64,000 bases of DNA from contig NW_027362767.1 in NCBI RefSeq assembly GCF_046119375.1, positions 434,868,001 to 434,932,000 on the forward strand, written 5' to 3'. The notes below the pieces were generated by a model. That model saw nothing but the letters and a program-made list of their open reading frames with translations, searched no databases and was not told where the DNA came from. The position numbers and the translations under genes are program-made. The DNA is from Phyllobates terribilis. Taxonomy: Eukaryota. This document shows, piece after piece, positions 12,101 to 24,100 of this stretch. The first letter of the stretch is position 1. Each line of letters opens with the position of its first letter.

Positions 12101-15100
12101 ATCCAGACAAGGCTGAGCGCCCACAACCCCTATCATCCAGACAAGGCTAAGGCTGAGCGCCCACAACCCCCATCATCCACGACAGGGCTGAGCACCCACA
12201 ACCCCCATCATCCACGACAGGGCTGAGCACCCACAACCCCCATCATCCACGACAGGGCTGAGCGCCCACAACCCCCATCATCCATGACAGGGCTGAGCGC
12301 CCACAACCCCCATCATCCAGACAAGGCTAAGGCTGAGCGCCCACAACCCCCATCATCCACGACAGGGCTGAGCACCCACAACCCCCATCATCCACGACAG
12401 GGCTGAGCACCCACAACCCCCATCATCCACGACAGGGCTGAGAGCCCACAACCCCCATCATCCAGACAAGGCTGAGCGCCCACAACCCCTATCATCCAGA
12501 CCAGGCTAAGGCTGAGCGCCCACAACCCCCATCATCCACGACAGGGCTGAGCGCCCACAACCCCCATCATCCATGACAGGGCTGAGTGCCCACAACCCCC
12601 ATCATCCAGACAAGGCTAAGGCTGAGCGCCCACAACCCCCATCATCCAGACAAGGCTGAGCGCCCACAACCCCCATCATCCAGACAAGGCTGAGCGCCCA
12701 CAACCCCCATCATCCAGACAAGGCTGAGCGCCCACAACCCCCATCATCCAGACAAGGCTGAGCGCCCACAACCCCCATCATCCAGACAAGGCTGAGCGCC
12801 CACAACCCCCATCATCCAGACAAGGCTGAGCGCCCGCAACCCCCATCATCCAGACAAGGCTGAGCGCCCGCAACCCCCATGATCCATACAAGGCTGAGCG
12901 CCCGCAACCCCCGTGATCCACAACAAGGCTGAGCGCCCGCAACCCCCGTGATCCACAACAGGGCTGAGCGCCCACAACCCCCATGATCCACAACAGGGCT
13001 GAGCGCCCACAACCCCCATGATCCACGACAGGGCTGAGCGCCCACAACCCCCCATGATCCACGACAGGGCTGAGCGCCCACAACCCCCCATGATCCACGA
13101 CAGGGCTGAGCGCCCACAACCCCCCATGATCCACGACAGGGCTGAGCGCCCACAACCCCCCATGATCCACGACAGGGCTGAGCGCCCACAACCCCCCATG
13201 ATCCACGACAGGGCTGAGCGCCCACAACCCCCATCATCCAGACAAGGCTAAGGCTGAGCGCCCACAACCCCCATCATCCACGACAGGGCTGAGCACCCAC
13301 AACCCCCATCATCCACGACAGGGCTGAGCACCCACAACCCCCATCATCCACGACAGGGCTGAGAGCCCACAACCCCCATCATCCACGACAGGGCTGAGAG
13401 CCCACAACCCCCATCATCCACGACAGGGCTGAGAGCCCACAACCCCCATCATCCACGACAGGGCTGAGAGCCCACAACCCCCATCATCCACGACAGGGCT
13501 GAGAGCCCACAACCCCCGTCATCCACGACAGGGCTGAGAGCCCACAACCCCCGTCATCCACGACAGGGCTGAGCGCCCACAACCCCCATCATCCATGACA
13601 GGGCTGAGTGCCCACAACCCCCATCATCCAGACAAGGCTAAGGCTGAGCGCCCACAACCCCCATCATCCACGACAGGGCTGAGCACCCACAACCCCCATC
13701 ATCCACGACAGGGCTGAGCACCCACAACCCCCATCATCCACGACAGGGCTGAGAGCCCACAACCCCCATCATCCAGACAAGGCTGAGCGCCCACAACCCC
13801 TATCATCCAGACAAGGCTAAGGCTGAGCGCCCACAACCCCCATCATCCACGACAGGGCTGAGCACCCACAACCCCCATCATCCACGACAGGGCTGAGCAC
13901 CCACAACCCCCATCATCCACGACAGGGCTGAGCGCCCACAACCCCCATCATCCATGACAGGGCTGAGCGCCCACAACCCCCATCATCCAGACAAGGCTAA
14001 GGCTGAGCGCCCACAACCCCCATCATCCACGACAGGGCTGAGCACCCACAACCCCCATCATCCACGACAGGGCTGAGCACCCACAACCCCCATCATCCAC
14101 GACAGGGCTGAGAGCCCACAACCCCTATCATCCAGACAAGGCTGAGCGCCCACAACCCCTATCATCCAGACAAGGCTAAGGCTGAGCGCCCACAACCCCC
14201 ATCATCCAGACAAGGCTAAGGCTGAGCGCCCACAACCCCCATCATCCACGACAGGGCTGAGCACCCACAACCCCCATCATCCACGACAGGGCTGAGCACC
14301 CACAACCCCCATCATCCACGACAGGGCTGAGAGCCCACAACCCCCATCATCCAGACAAGGCTGAGCGCCCACAACCCCTATCATCCAGACCAGGCTAAGG
14401 CTGAGCGCCCACAACCCCCATCATCCACGACAGGGCTGAGCACCCACAACCCCCATCATCCACGACAGGGCTGAGCACCCACAACCCCCATCATCCACGA
14501 CAGGGCTGAGAGCCCACAACCCCCATCATCCAGACAAGGCTGAGCGCCCACAACCCCTATCATCCAGACAAGGCTAAGGCTGAGCGCCCACAACCCCCAT
14601 CATCCAGACAAGGCTGAGCGCCCACAACCCCCATCATCCAGACAAGGCTGAGCGCCCACAACCCCCATCATCCAGACAAGGCTGAGCGCCCACAACCCCC
14701 ATCATCCAGACAAGGCTGAGCGCCCACAACCCCCATCATCCAGACAAGGCTGAGCGCCCGCAACCACCATGATCCATACAAGGCTGAGCGCCCGCAACCC
14801 CCGTGATCCACAACAGGGCTGAGCGCCCACAACCCCCATGATCCACAACAGGGCTGAGCGCCCACAACCCCCATGATCCACAACAGGGCTGAGCGCCCAC
14901 AACCCCCATGATCCACGACAGGGCTGAGCGCCCACAACCCCCCATGATCCACGACAGGGCTGAGCGCCCACAACCCCCCCATGATCCACGACAGGGCTGA
15001 GCGCCCACAACCCCCCATGATCCACGACAGGGCTGAGCGCCCACAACCCCCCATGATCCACGACAGGGCTGAGCGCCCACAACCCCCCATGATCCACGAC

Positions 15101-15345
15101 AGGGCTGAGTGCCCACAACCCCCCATGATCCACGACAGGGCTGAGCGCCCACAACCCCCATGATCCACGACAGGGCTGAGCGCCCACAACCCCCATGATC
15201 CACGACAGGGCTGAGAGCCCACAACCCCCATCATCCAGACAAGGCTGAGCGCCCACAACCCCCATGATCCACGACAGGGCTGAGCGCCCACAACCCCCAT
15301 GATCCACGACAGGGCTGAGCGCCCACAACCCCCATCATCCACTGT
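9115..15345. repeat. 6.2-kb C-rich minisatellite, 33/34/39-bp units (GGGCTGAGCGCCCACAACCCCCATCATCCACGACA), in FKRP intron 1
   Basis: Directly visible tandem array with recurring variant blocks. Confidence 0.97.
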
Positions 15346-15441
15346 CAGACAGAGCTGAGCGCCGATAGCCCCCATTATCCCTGGTGTAGTAATGTGTTGT
15401 TTTCTCCCCCAGGCTGGGCAGTGACTTGTGATGGGCGCAGG

Positions 15442-16890
15442 ATGCGCTGCCCGCTCTGCCACGTCCTGGTGGCTCTGACTCTGGTTTGTAACCTGCTGCT
15501 GCTTTACTACACCTGGCACCTCCACATTCGGCCGGCCGGACACCCTCCACCCTCTCTGTCCGCGGGGGTCACCGTCATTGTGCGTGAGTTCCGCCCCTTT
15601 GAGCATGGCCTGGCGGAGTTACACCGCACCTTCCTGCGCTCCCGCCCTTCTCTCCATATCCTCGTGGCTTCAGAGACGGCTCCGTACCCCCCTGTACCTG
15701 GGATAACCCTGCTGCGGCTTCACCCGTCCCCGGAGCAGCCCGGCTCTGCCTCCCGCCTAGAGTCCCACATTCGCACTCGTCTGGTGGCGCTGGTTCCGGA
15801 TGGATGTGCTCTGGATCCTCCTGATCTACTGGAGCGGATGGCTCGAGGACTGCGCGATGCTCCACCTGGTGTCAGGCTGGTGGCGGCCGGAGCTGGCGGT
15901 GCCTTGCGCTGTCTGCATCTGAACGTGTCTCAGCGGGAGTGGACGGCACAGTACAGCATGGCCGGCACCGGAGAGTCCTGCGGAGCCGTGTCTGGAGCTG
16001 CCGTCCTTCTGATCCGTTCCCGCGACTTGTTTGACTTGCCCTTCCCTCTCTCCCGCCCTCTGCAGGCGGCCATATTTATTCAGGCAGCTCTTCGGGGGTG
16101 GAAGGTTAAGGTGATGGATGACGCTGTGTTTCCTCGCACTCCGTTTCCGGCCACAGACCATGGTCGCTGGAAGGCAGAGCAAGCAGAGCGAGCGGAGGAG
16201 GCAGCGACAATGCGAACGCTGAACGTGAGACGGGTCCGTGGTCTGGACGGAGGAGATCGCTGGTTTGGGTGCAGTAAGGAGACCCCGCGCTGCTTTGGGA
16301 CTGTGGTTGGAGAAACACCTGATTACCTGTATGAGGGGCGCTGGACGCCCCCCTGCTGCCTCCGTGCGCTGAGGGTCACTGCCCTCCATGTTATCAAAGT
16401 CCTGGAAGCAAACAACATGAGGTACTGGCTCGAAGGCGGAAGCTTGCTGGGGGCAGCCCGGCACGGAGATATCATACCCTGGGACTATGATGTGGATCTT
16501 GGCATCTATCTGGAAGATATCCCACTGTGCCCAGAACTTCGGGGGGCTCAGGGTGGGTCTCTCATAGATGAGGAGGGCTTTGTGTGGGAGCGGGCCGTGG
16601 AGGGCGACTTCTTCAGGGTGCAGTACAGTCAGAGCAACCACTTACATGTGGATCTGTGGCCTTTCTATCCCCGAGATGGGTTAATGACCCGGGACTCGTG
16701 GACCGGTCACCCTCAGGACATTGAGTTTCCAGAGAGCTTCCTCCAGCCCCTTCAGACGCTGCCTTTTGCTGGTGCTTTAGTTCAGGCTCCAAATCACCAC
16801 GTGGAGCTGCTGAAAATGAAGTTTGGGGAGAGAGTAATAGAGGTTCCTCAGTATCCGAACCCAGCCGTACTGAGAATAGAGGGGCAGTGA
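15442..16890 (+). CDS. FKRP: Fukutin-related protein (ribitol-5-phosphate transferase), 482 aa, single coding exon
   Basis: N-terminal signal anchor, zinc-finger loop GCSKETPRCFG...WTPPCCLRAL, and the nucleotidyltransferase motifs YWLEGGSLLGAARHGDIIPWDYDVDLGIY and NHLHVDLWPF. Ends PQYPNPAVL as in vertebrate FKRP. Confidence 0.97.
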   Translation: MRCPLCHVLVALTLVCNLLLLYYTWHLHIRPAGHPPPSLSAGVTVIVREFRPFEHGLAELHRTFLRSRPSLHILVASETAPYPPVPGITLLRLHPSPEQPGSASRLESHIRTRLVALVPDGCALDPPDLLERMARGLRDAPPGVRLVAAGAGGALRCLHLNVSQREWTAQYSMAGTGESCGAVSGAAVLLIRSRDLFDLPFPLSRPLQAAIFIQAALRGWKVKVMDDAVFPRTPFPATDHGRWKAEQAERAEEAATMRTLNVRRVRGLDGGDRWFGCSKETPRCFGTVVGETPDYLYEGRWTPPCCLRALRVTALHVIKVLEANNMRYWLEGGSLLGAARHGDIIPWDYDVDLGIYLEDIPLCPELRGAQGGSLIDEEGFVWERAVEGDFFRVQYSQSNHLHVDLWPFYPRDGLMTRDSWTGHPQDIEFPESFLQPLQTLPFAGALVQAPNHHVELLKMKFGERVIEVPQYPNPAVLRIEGQ

Positions 16891-17554
16891 GGCCGGAGCC
16901 GGGGGGGGGGTGCAGGATGCTAGAACAGGGCCCACAACAACATAAGAGGCTCAGGAAATGATGAGGATCCCTTGTCGCCTCCGACTTAGAATGGTTATCT
17001 CGTCGTTGTCTATTAACCCCTTCCCTGTGTACAATGTCCAAGTACCTTCAATGTCCAGTGAGGGTGTAAGGAACGAGATCAGGCGCTGATCCCACCTTGT
17101 GAACGGCAGCTGCTGACTGTGTTACCTGCCTCAAACAGCAGCGACAGGAGTTGGCTCCAATCGCTGCTGTCAGTTTGTGACAGCAGCATTTAAATGGTTG
17201 CAATCCACGTGCGTGCTCATCCCCCTTCTCTACACAATGAGATCGCTGGGTGCCGATGGGTTATCATGGCAGTTATGTGCCAGCTGAAGGGCCCCGTTGT
17301 TGTCATCTTTGTATTCCCCGTGAAGTTCCAAGTCCCAGTCCCCTGGTTGGGGGTGAGGGAGCGAGTATAAGAAAAAAGTGACAACTTAACAACAACAAAA
17401 AATAATAATATATATATATATATATATATATCAATTAAATCCGTCCCCCACCTGTAGCCAATCTAAAATCAAAACAGATTTCCTGTTGCCACTTCTTTTA
17501 TATGTCCAATCGATGAAGATATAAAATTAACCCATGTGGGAAACGTTGCCAATG

Positions 17555-17564
17555 AATAAATAAA
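17555..17564 (+). terminator. Probable FKRP polyadenylation signal (overlapping AATAAATAAA)
   Basis: About 670 bp downstream of the FKRP stop codon. Confidence 0.55.
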
Positions 17565-17817
17565 ACCATTTATTGCCTATGGGACTGCTGGAGATATCGG
17601 GGGGCAGTAGCTCACAAGCCGAGGCGCACAGTGGGCCTCTCTGTATGGGAGGAATCCTCTTCTGGGGGACGGTAAATCAGGGAGAACATTCTACATCTAT
17701 TCATCAATATCCTTTTAAGGCTTCGCAGCGTTTTTAGCTTTCTGGCTCCACTTCAGGCCTGGACTCAAACTGCAATGGCATTTTTCCAAAAACCGCTGTG
17801 TGGAAAACCAGTTAGGT

Positions 17818-18002
17818 CAGTGTTTTCCAAACTCCAGTCCCCCCGGCCCCCAATACATCATGCTTTCAGGATTTCCTTAGTATGGCACAAGTGATGGATT
17901 GGTATCAACGCATCAGAAATTTCCACAGGACGTCTCACCTGTGCAATACTAAGGCGATCCTAAAGACCATGATGTGTTGGGGTCGTGAGGACGGGGTTTG
18001 GG
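17818..18002. mobile_element. Short palindromic MITE remnant (hAT-like CAGTG terminus)
   Basis: The left arm CAGTGTTTTCCAAACTCCAGTCC...CCTTAGTATGGCACAAGTGA is the imperfect reverse complement of TCACCTGTGCAATACTAAGG...GAGGACGGGGTTTGGG. Confidence 0.55.
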
Positions 18003-18756
18003 TTTATGTGGACCAGGCATGCAAATTAGACCAAATCCAAGGGCTGTAAAAATGAAAAAAAAGGTATCATCTCAGCGCCATGTCCTAAATGACTGCAGAA
18101 GTAGAAAGATCTGGCTCCCAAGGTGTCACCCTGTCAGAAGAGGGGGCCCCCTTCCAGAAAGGCAGAGCGTGTACAAGCCGTCTTGTGAGGTCTGGACGCC
18201 AATCAGTAGGTTTATGACAATGGGATGTCTGTCCTGAGCCATAACAAAGTTTTATGGTGGGGTCCAGAATGCTGAGTTCTGTGTACGTTACCAGTCCGGG
18301 CTCATATTTATAGGATCTATTAGATTTCGATGAATAGGATATTATCTATGTAGCCATGGGAAGTTGGCGTATCGCGGGTCCATTTTACTACCCATCGCCG
18401 TTCCAGTGACCAGTAGATTTGTCAAAATAGAATTCATTTAGCAAAGACTGAACTAGAACATTGAGGATGACGGAGGCCGTGTGCTTTCTTATATCTACCA
18501 GATGTTTGAGGTATATAGTATGGATGACACTGATGCTGCAAGGACATTCCTGCACTTAAAGACTTTAACCACTGGGGGGCAGCGCTGTGCTGCACTATAG
18601 GATAAGGCATCACTGACCTTGAAAATGTTTCTAAGAAAAGCAGGAACGGGTTTGATCCGGCTCTAAACGGAGACGCAATGTGCTGCGCTAGATATATATG
18701 GTGGTTTTTGGTCACCACCGCATATATATTATATAATATATATATATATATATATA

Positions 18757-20384
18757 CAGTACAGACCAAAAGTTTGGACACACCTTCATATTTAAAGATT
18801 TTTCTGTATTTTCATGAATTTGAAAATTGTACATTCACACTGAAGGCATCAAAACTATGAATTAACACATGTGGAATTATATACTTAACAAAAAAGTGTG
18901 AAACAACTGAAAATATGTCTTATATTCTAGGTTCTTCACAGTAGCCACTTTTTGCTTTGATGACTGCTTTGCACACTCTTGGCATTCTCTTGATGAGCTT
19001 CAAGAGGTAGTCACCGGAAATGGTCTTCCAACAATCTTGAAGGAGTTCCCAGAGATGCTTAGCACTTGTTGGCCCTTTTGCCTTCACTCTGCGGTCCAGC
19101 TCACCCCAAACCATCTCGATTGGGTTCAGGTCTGGTGACTGTGGAGGCCAGGTCATCTGGCGTAGCACCCCATCACTCTCCTTCTTGGTCAAATAGCCCT
19201 TACACAGCCTGGAGGTGTGTTTGGGGTCATTGTCCTGTTGAAAAATAAATGATGGTCTAACTAAATGCAAACCGGATGGAATAGCATGCCGCTGCAAGAT
19301 GCTGTGGTCGCCATGCTGGTTCAGTATGCCTTCAATTTTGAATAAATCCCCAACAGTGTCACCAGCAACGCACCCCCACACCATCACACCTCCTCCTCCA
19401 TGCTTCATGGTGGGAACCAGGCATGTAGAGTCCATCCGTTCACCTTTTCTGCGTCGCACAAAGACACGGTGGTTGGAAGCAAAGATCTCAAATTTGGACT
19501 CATCAGAGCAAAGCACAGATTTCCACTGGTCTAATGTCCATTCCTTGTGTTCTTTAGCTCAAACAAGTCTCTTCTGCTTGTTGCCTGTCCTTAGCAGTGG
19601 TTTCCTAGCAGCTATTTTACCATGAAGGCCTGCTGCACAAAGTATCCTCTTAACAGTTGTTGTAGAGATGTGTCTGCTGCTAGAACTCTGTGTGGCATTG
19701 ACCTGGTCTCTAATGTGAGCTGCTGTTAACCTGCGATTTCTGAGGCTGGTGACTCGGATAAACTTATCCTCAGAAGCACAGGTGACTCTTGGTCTTCCTT
19801 TCCTGGGCCAGTCCTCATGTGAGCCAGTTTCTTTGTAGCGCTTGATGGTTTTTGCAACTGCACTTGGGGACACTTTCAAAGTTTGCCCAATTTTTCGGAC
19901 TGACTGACCTTCATTTCTTAAAGTAATGATGGCCACTCGTTTTTCTTTACTTAGCTGCTTTTTTCTTGCCATAATACAAATTCTAACAGTCTATTCAGTA
20001 GGACTATCAGCTGTGTATTCACCAGACTTCTGCACAACACAACTGATGGTCCCAACCCCATTTATAAGGCAAGAAATCCCATTTATTAAACCTGACAGGG
20101 CACACCTGTGAAGTGAAGACCATTTCCGGTGACTACCTCTAGAAGCTCATCAAGAGAATGCCAAGAGTGTGCAAAGCAGTCATCAAAGCAAAAGGTGGCT
20201 ACTTTGAAGAACCTAGAATATAAGACATATTTTCAGTTGTTTCACACTTTTTTGTTAAGTATATAATTCCACATGTGTTAATTCATAGTTTTGATGCCTT
20301 CAGTGTGAATGTACAATTTTCATAGTCATGAAAATACAGAAAAATCTTTAAATGAGAAGGTGTGTCCAAACTTTTGGTCTGTAC

Positions 20385-20386
<2 letters not shown>
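18757..20386 (-). mobile_element. Full-length Tc1/mariner element of the DD38E (Intruder/IT) type
   Basis: TIRs of about 200 bp starting CAGTACAGACCAAAAGTTTGGACACACCTT, and both ends lie within a (TA)n microsatellite. Confidence 0.93.
18920..19972 (-). pseudogene. DD38E transposase, 350 codons, interrupted by one in-frame TGA (19559-19561)
   Basis: ORFs 19559-19972 and 18920-19516 are in the same frame. Motifs GRPR, SDESKF and QQDNDPKH...SPDLNPIE, with 38 residues between the second D and E. Confidence 0.9.

Positions 20387-20448
<62 letters not shown>
20387..20448. repeat. (TA)n microsatellite (others at about 17408-17432, 18722-18756 and 29028-29058)
   Basis: Directly visible. Confidence 0.95.
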
Positions 20449-20452
<4 letters not shown>

Positions 20453-21145
20453 AGGAGGATGAGAAGTCTTTAACCCTGATCTTTCCAATAGACGTATGTA
20501 AATGTCAGCGGCTCGTCGTTATCGCCCTCCAGATCAGTGTAGAGAATGCGCTCGGCAGCACACAGCTCCTCCGTCCTTTTTCCTGCACTGATACATTGTA
20601 ACGGTGCGCTGAGGTTCATCTCCACTGGGTACATTTGTTACTCATCCTCACAATAATGTTTCTATTCACTGACAGCCCTAGTTCTGGAATAACACAGCCT
20701 CAGAATTATCTTTTTCTGTGCATTTTCACAAAAATGATGTTTCTGCTCATTCATGTGTCCTGTTAGTTTATGGAAAGCAATGAAGAGTCAGCTCTCCTCC
20801 ACACCGAGCAGTGAGAAGAGTGCAGTCCTGAGCCGGGACAGACATCAGCACCACAAGTCCAGCAGAACTTCTAGAACTTATCCAGCCAATTAAAAGACTG
20901 GGGGGGTACCATAGGATCCCCTACTAATCAGCTGATGGGTGAGGCCATGGTGCGCTACATCCCATGGGATTGCAGACTAGTTCACACTGGGAGTAACGGC
21001 ACACTGTAGTGTCGTTGATCTCTAAGGTTGGTATCCCCAGCTCCAGTGTCCTGCAGAGGCGAGAACCGCACGGGTTATGATGTCATTATCAGGGGTAGAT
21101 ACAGTGGAAGCAAATAAATCCCATATTCCTGCCACATGGTGAAAA

Positions 21146-24100
21146 TAGGAGATTTACTGGTAATTTGATTTCTAGGAACCCTCCACAACAGCACCACAGG
21201 AGATACTCCCCGCCCTAATAGGGACAGGAAACACAAAGAGGAGAAATAGCCCCCCCCCCCCCCCCCCACTTCCTCTCTCCAATGTTTTTATAAAGGACCA
21301 CATCGGTATGAATGCTTACATATTCATTTATACCAAACAAATCATACAACAAAATGGTAGGGTGGGATTACCCATGCTGCCGTGGAGGGTTCCTAGAAAT
21401 TGAATTACCGGTAAGTCTAATTCTATTTTCTCTAGTCACCCTCCACAACAGCACCACCAATTTTTAGGGAGGGACAATGGCCTGGAGAACTTTTTTTTTT
21501 CCAAAGGCCAAATCAGTATTCGACCTGGTCTAAAATGTTTTGAAAAGGTATGGACAGAGGACCAGGTAGCGGCTCTGCAGATCTGCTCGATGGAGGCGCT
21601 TGCCCTTTCAGCCCATGAGACAGATACAGCTCTAGTGGAATGTGCCGTGAGCTTTTCTGAAGGTACTAATTTTTGGTTTTCGTAAGCTCCACCTATTGCA
21701 GTTTTGATCCAATTAGCAATCGTGCTTTTGTGTCCATCGTGCTTTTGTGTCCATCGTGCTGTTTGAAGATATTCTGATACTTCCTCCAGGATTTTGATCT
21801 TTGAAGATGGTGAAGGATAGTTCTTCCTACGTACCTCCAGTGTATGGAATTCCATTTCTCTACTATTGGACAAGTTTTGGCAAAAGGAAGGTAACACGAT
21901 TTCTTTGGACATATGGAACGCCAAAGTTACTTTGGGTAAAAAGGATGGGTCCAGACAAAAAAAAGATCCTATTGTCTACAGTTCTTAATCGATAGGGTTC
22001 TCTGGTCGAGAGGGCCTGTAGTTCACTCTCCTCACTGTCGTGATTGCCACCAGGAAGGCTGCTTTCCAGGACAGTTTATCGAAGTCTATAGTGTCTGTAG
22101 GCTCAAATGGTGTTATTGTGAGACCTTTGAGAACCACGTTCAGATCCCATGTCGGGAGCGAATTCAATACCAGTGGTTGTAACCAACAGTCTGCAGTCAT
22201 AAACCTCTTGACCCAGCGATGTTCTGCTAGACTTTGATCGAAGTATGTGCTAAGGGCTGAAACTTGGACCTTTTAGAGTGCTAGTCTTTAAACCCTTCTC
22301 CAGCCCACTCTGCAAAAAAAAAAAAATCAAGGATTTGAGCCGCGTTCGGATGTAAAGGATTCGGCAGGGTAGAGTCACACCAGGAGATTAAAGTTTTCCA
22401 TATTTTGTTATAAATTTTAATTTCTTATTGGCTTTTCTGAAGTGTATTTACCACTTTGTTAAAGGGAGCACTAGCCTTTAGGATGACGGACTGAGGATGA
22501 CGGATGTAAGGCCTGAGGATCTCGGTGATAAATCGGCCCTTGGTGAAGAAGGTTGCTGATTGATGGAAGAACCAGGGCACTTTCTATTTTCATACTATTC
22601 AGTGCTCTGAACCAGCGTCTTCTCGGCCAGAGAGGTGCCACTAGGATTGTCTATTTGTCCTTCCCCATTTTCTGCAATCTTCTTGACAGAACAGGAATTG
22701 GAGGGAAGGCATCTGGCAGCTTGAATTCCCAGCGGTGAGCGAAAATGTATACCGCTAAACAGGTGTCGTTCGGATCTAGGGAGAAATATTTGCTTTCGTA
22801 TTCTGATGGGTAGCAAACGGGTCTACCTCTGGGAGACCCTACTTTTGTGTTAGCATCTGAAATACTTCCACATTTAGACTCCACTCTCCCGCTTGTATGA
22901 TTTCTCTGCTTGGACGTTGGTGGAACCTTTTAGATGTAATGCTTATAGGGAGAGCACATGTCGTTCTACCTAAAGATACTGCCTGAAATAGTTTTTAGGC
23001 TTTCGTGCTTCCTAGGTGGCGTAGATGAGTCACTGTGGTCATATTGTCGGAGTATATTTTTGTATTTTAACTCCCTGAAACTGGATGAGCGAAGACTGAT
23101 GTCTTGAGACCATACCCCTTGGAATGAGGCATGGGAAACTGTGGCTCCCCATCCTCTTCTGGTGGCGTCCATTGTGATGGTTGATAGTGGATTCTGATTC
23201 CAGGCCACTCCTCTGCTCACATTTTTTTGGATTGAGCCACCAGCTGAGCGAGGCTCTTACTTGGCCAGGTAAGCGGATTCTTCTGCTTAGGGATCCCGGG
23301 TTTCCGTCCCAACAGGATAAGATGTGAGTCTGAAGGCTTCTTGTGTGGACCCAAGCTACAGCCTGGATACTTGAGGTCAAGGAACCCAGGACTGCCATTG
23401 TGAATCTGAGATATTTTCCTCTGAGCTCACAAAGCTATCATTTTGGATCGTATCTGAATCAGTTTTTCTTTCGGTAGCAGAGATATGTGGTCCTGAGAAT
23501 CCAACAGAATCCTAGGAAGACCTTTTTGGTGGAAGGGACCAGGTCGGATTTCTGATAGTCTTATCATCCACTCCAGGGATGTAAGAGTCTGAAGATTTCC
23601 CGTCTGTGAGCTTCAAGGATTGGCTCTGACGGGCCTATCCCCAGAAAGTCGTTGAGGTAGCGAACGATACAGATGTTGTGGTTCCTGATGGACACCACCA
23701 CTTCTGCAATGATCTTGGTGAATACCCGGGGTGCCGATGAAATTCCAAATGGAAGGACGTTGAACTGATAGTGAAATACCTGACATCCTTGGGCCTTAAG
23801 GATTTACGATGTGCTGGATGAATGGGGATACGATAATAAGCATCCCAAAGGTCGATGGTTGCCATCACGAAATCTTGTCCTATTAGTGGAATGGTAGATT
23901 TTAACGATTCCATCTTGAACCTTTTGTACTTTTATATGTACGTTCAGAGGTTTTAGGTTTATTATTTTGTGGGTCCCTTTTTGTTTTGTTTTTTCACAAA
24001 GAACACTCAGGAATAATGTCCCTTTCCGCAATCTGTTTCTGGTACTGGGGAAACTACCCCTGTGACTAGTAATTTCCGGAGCCCTGATGTTAAGACGCTC

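Noticed and set aside
9115-15345. CRISPR-like appearance of the regular repeats, here and in the other arrays
   Set aside because: Units are head-to-tail with no unique spacers, there are no cas genes, and the context is eukaryotic
8095-15412. Expected PRKD2/STRN4 exons here, and AP2S1 exons upstream of SLC1A5
   Set aside because: No matching peptide was seen in any frame. This absence was judged by eye only and needs tBLASTn.
15394-15441. ORF-track N-terminal extension of FKRP (498 aa)
   Set aside because: It starts at a non-ATG codon inside the intron's polypyrimidine tract. Homology to FKRP begins at ATG 15442.
18325-18360. YIDNILFI on the minus strand, resembling a Penelope-type RT YIDD motif
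   Set aside because: Too short, followed by a stop, and no other RT motifs were identified nearby
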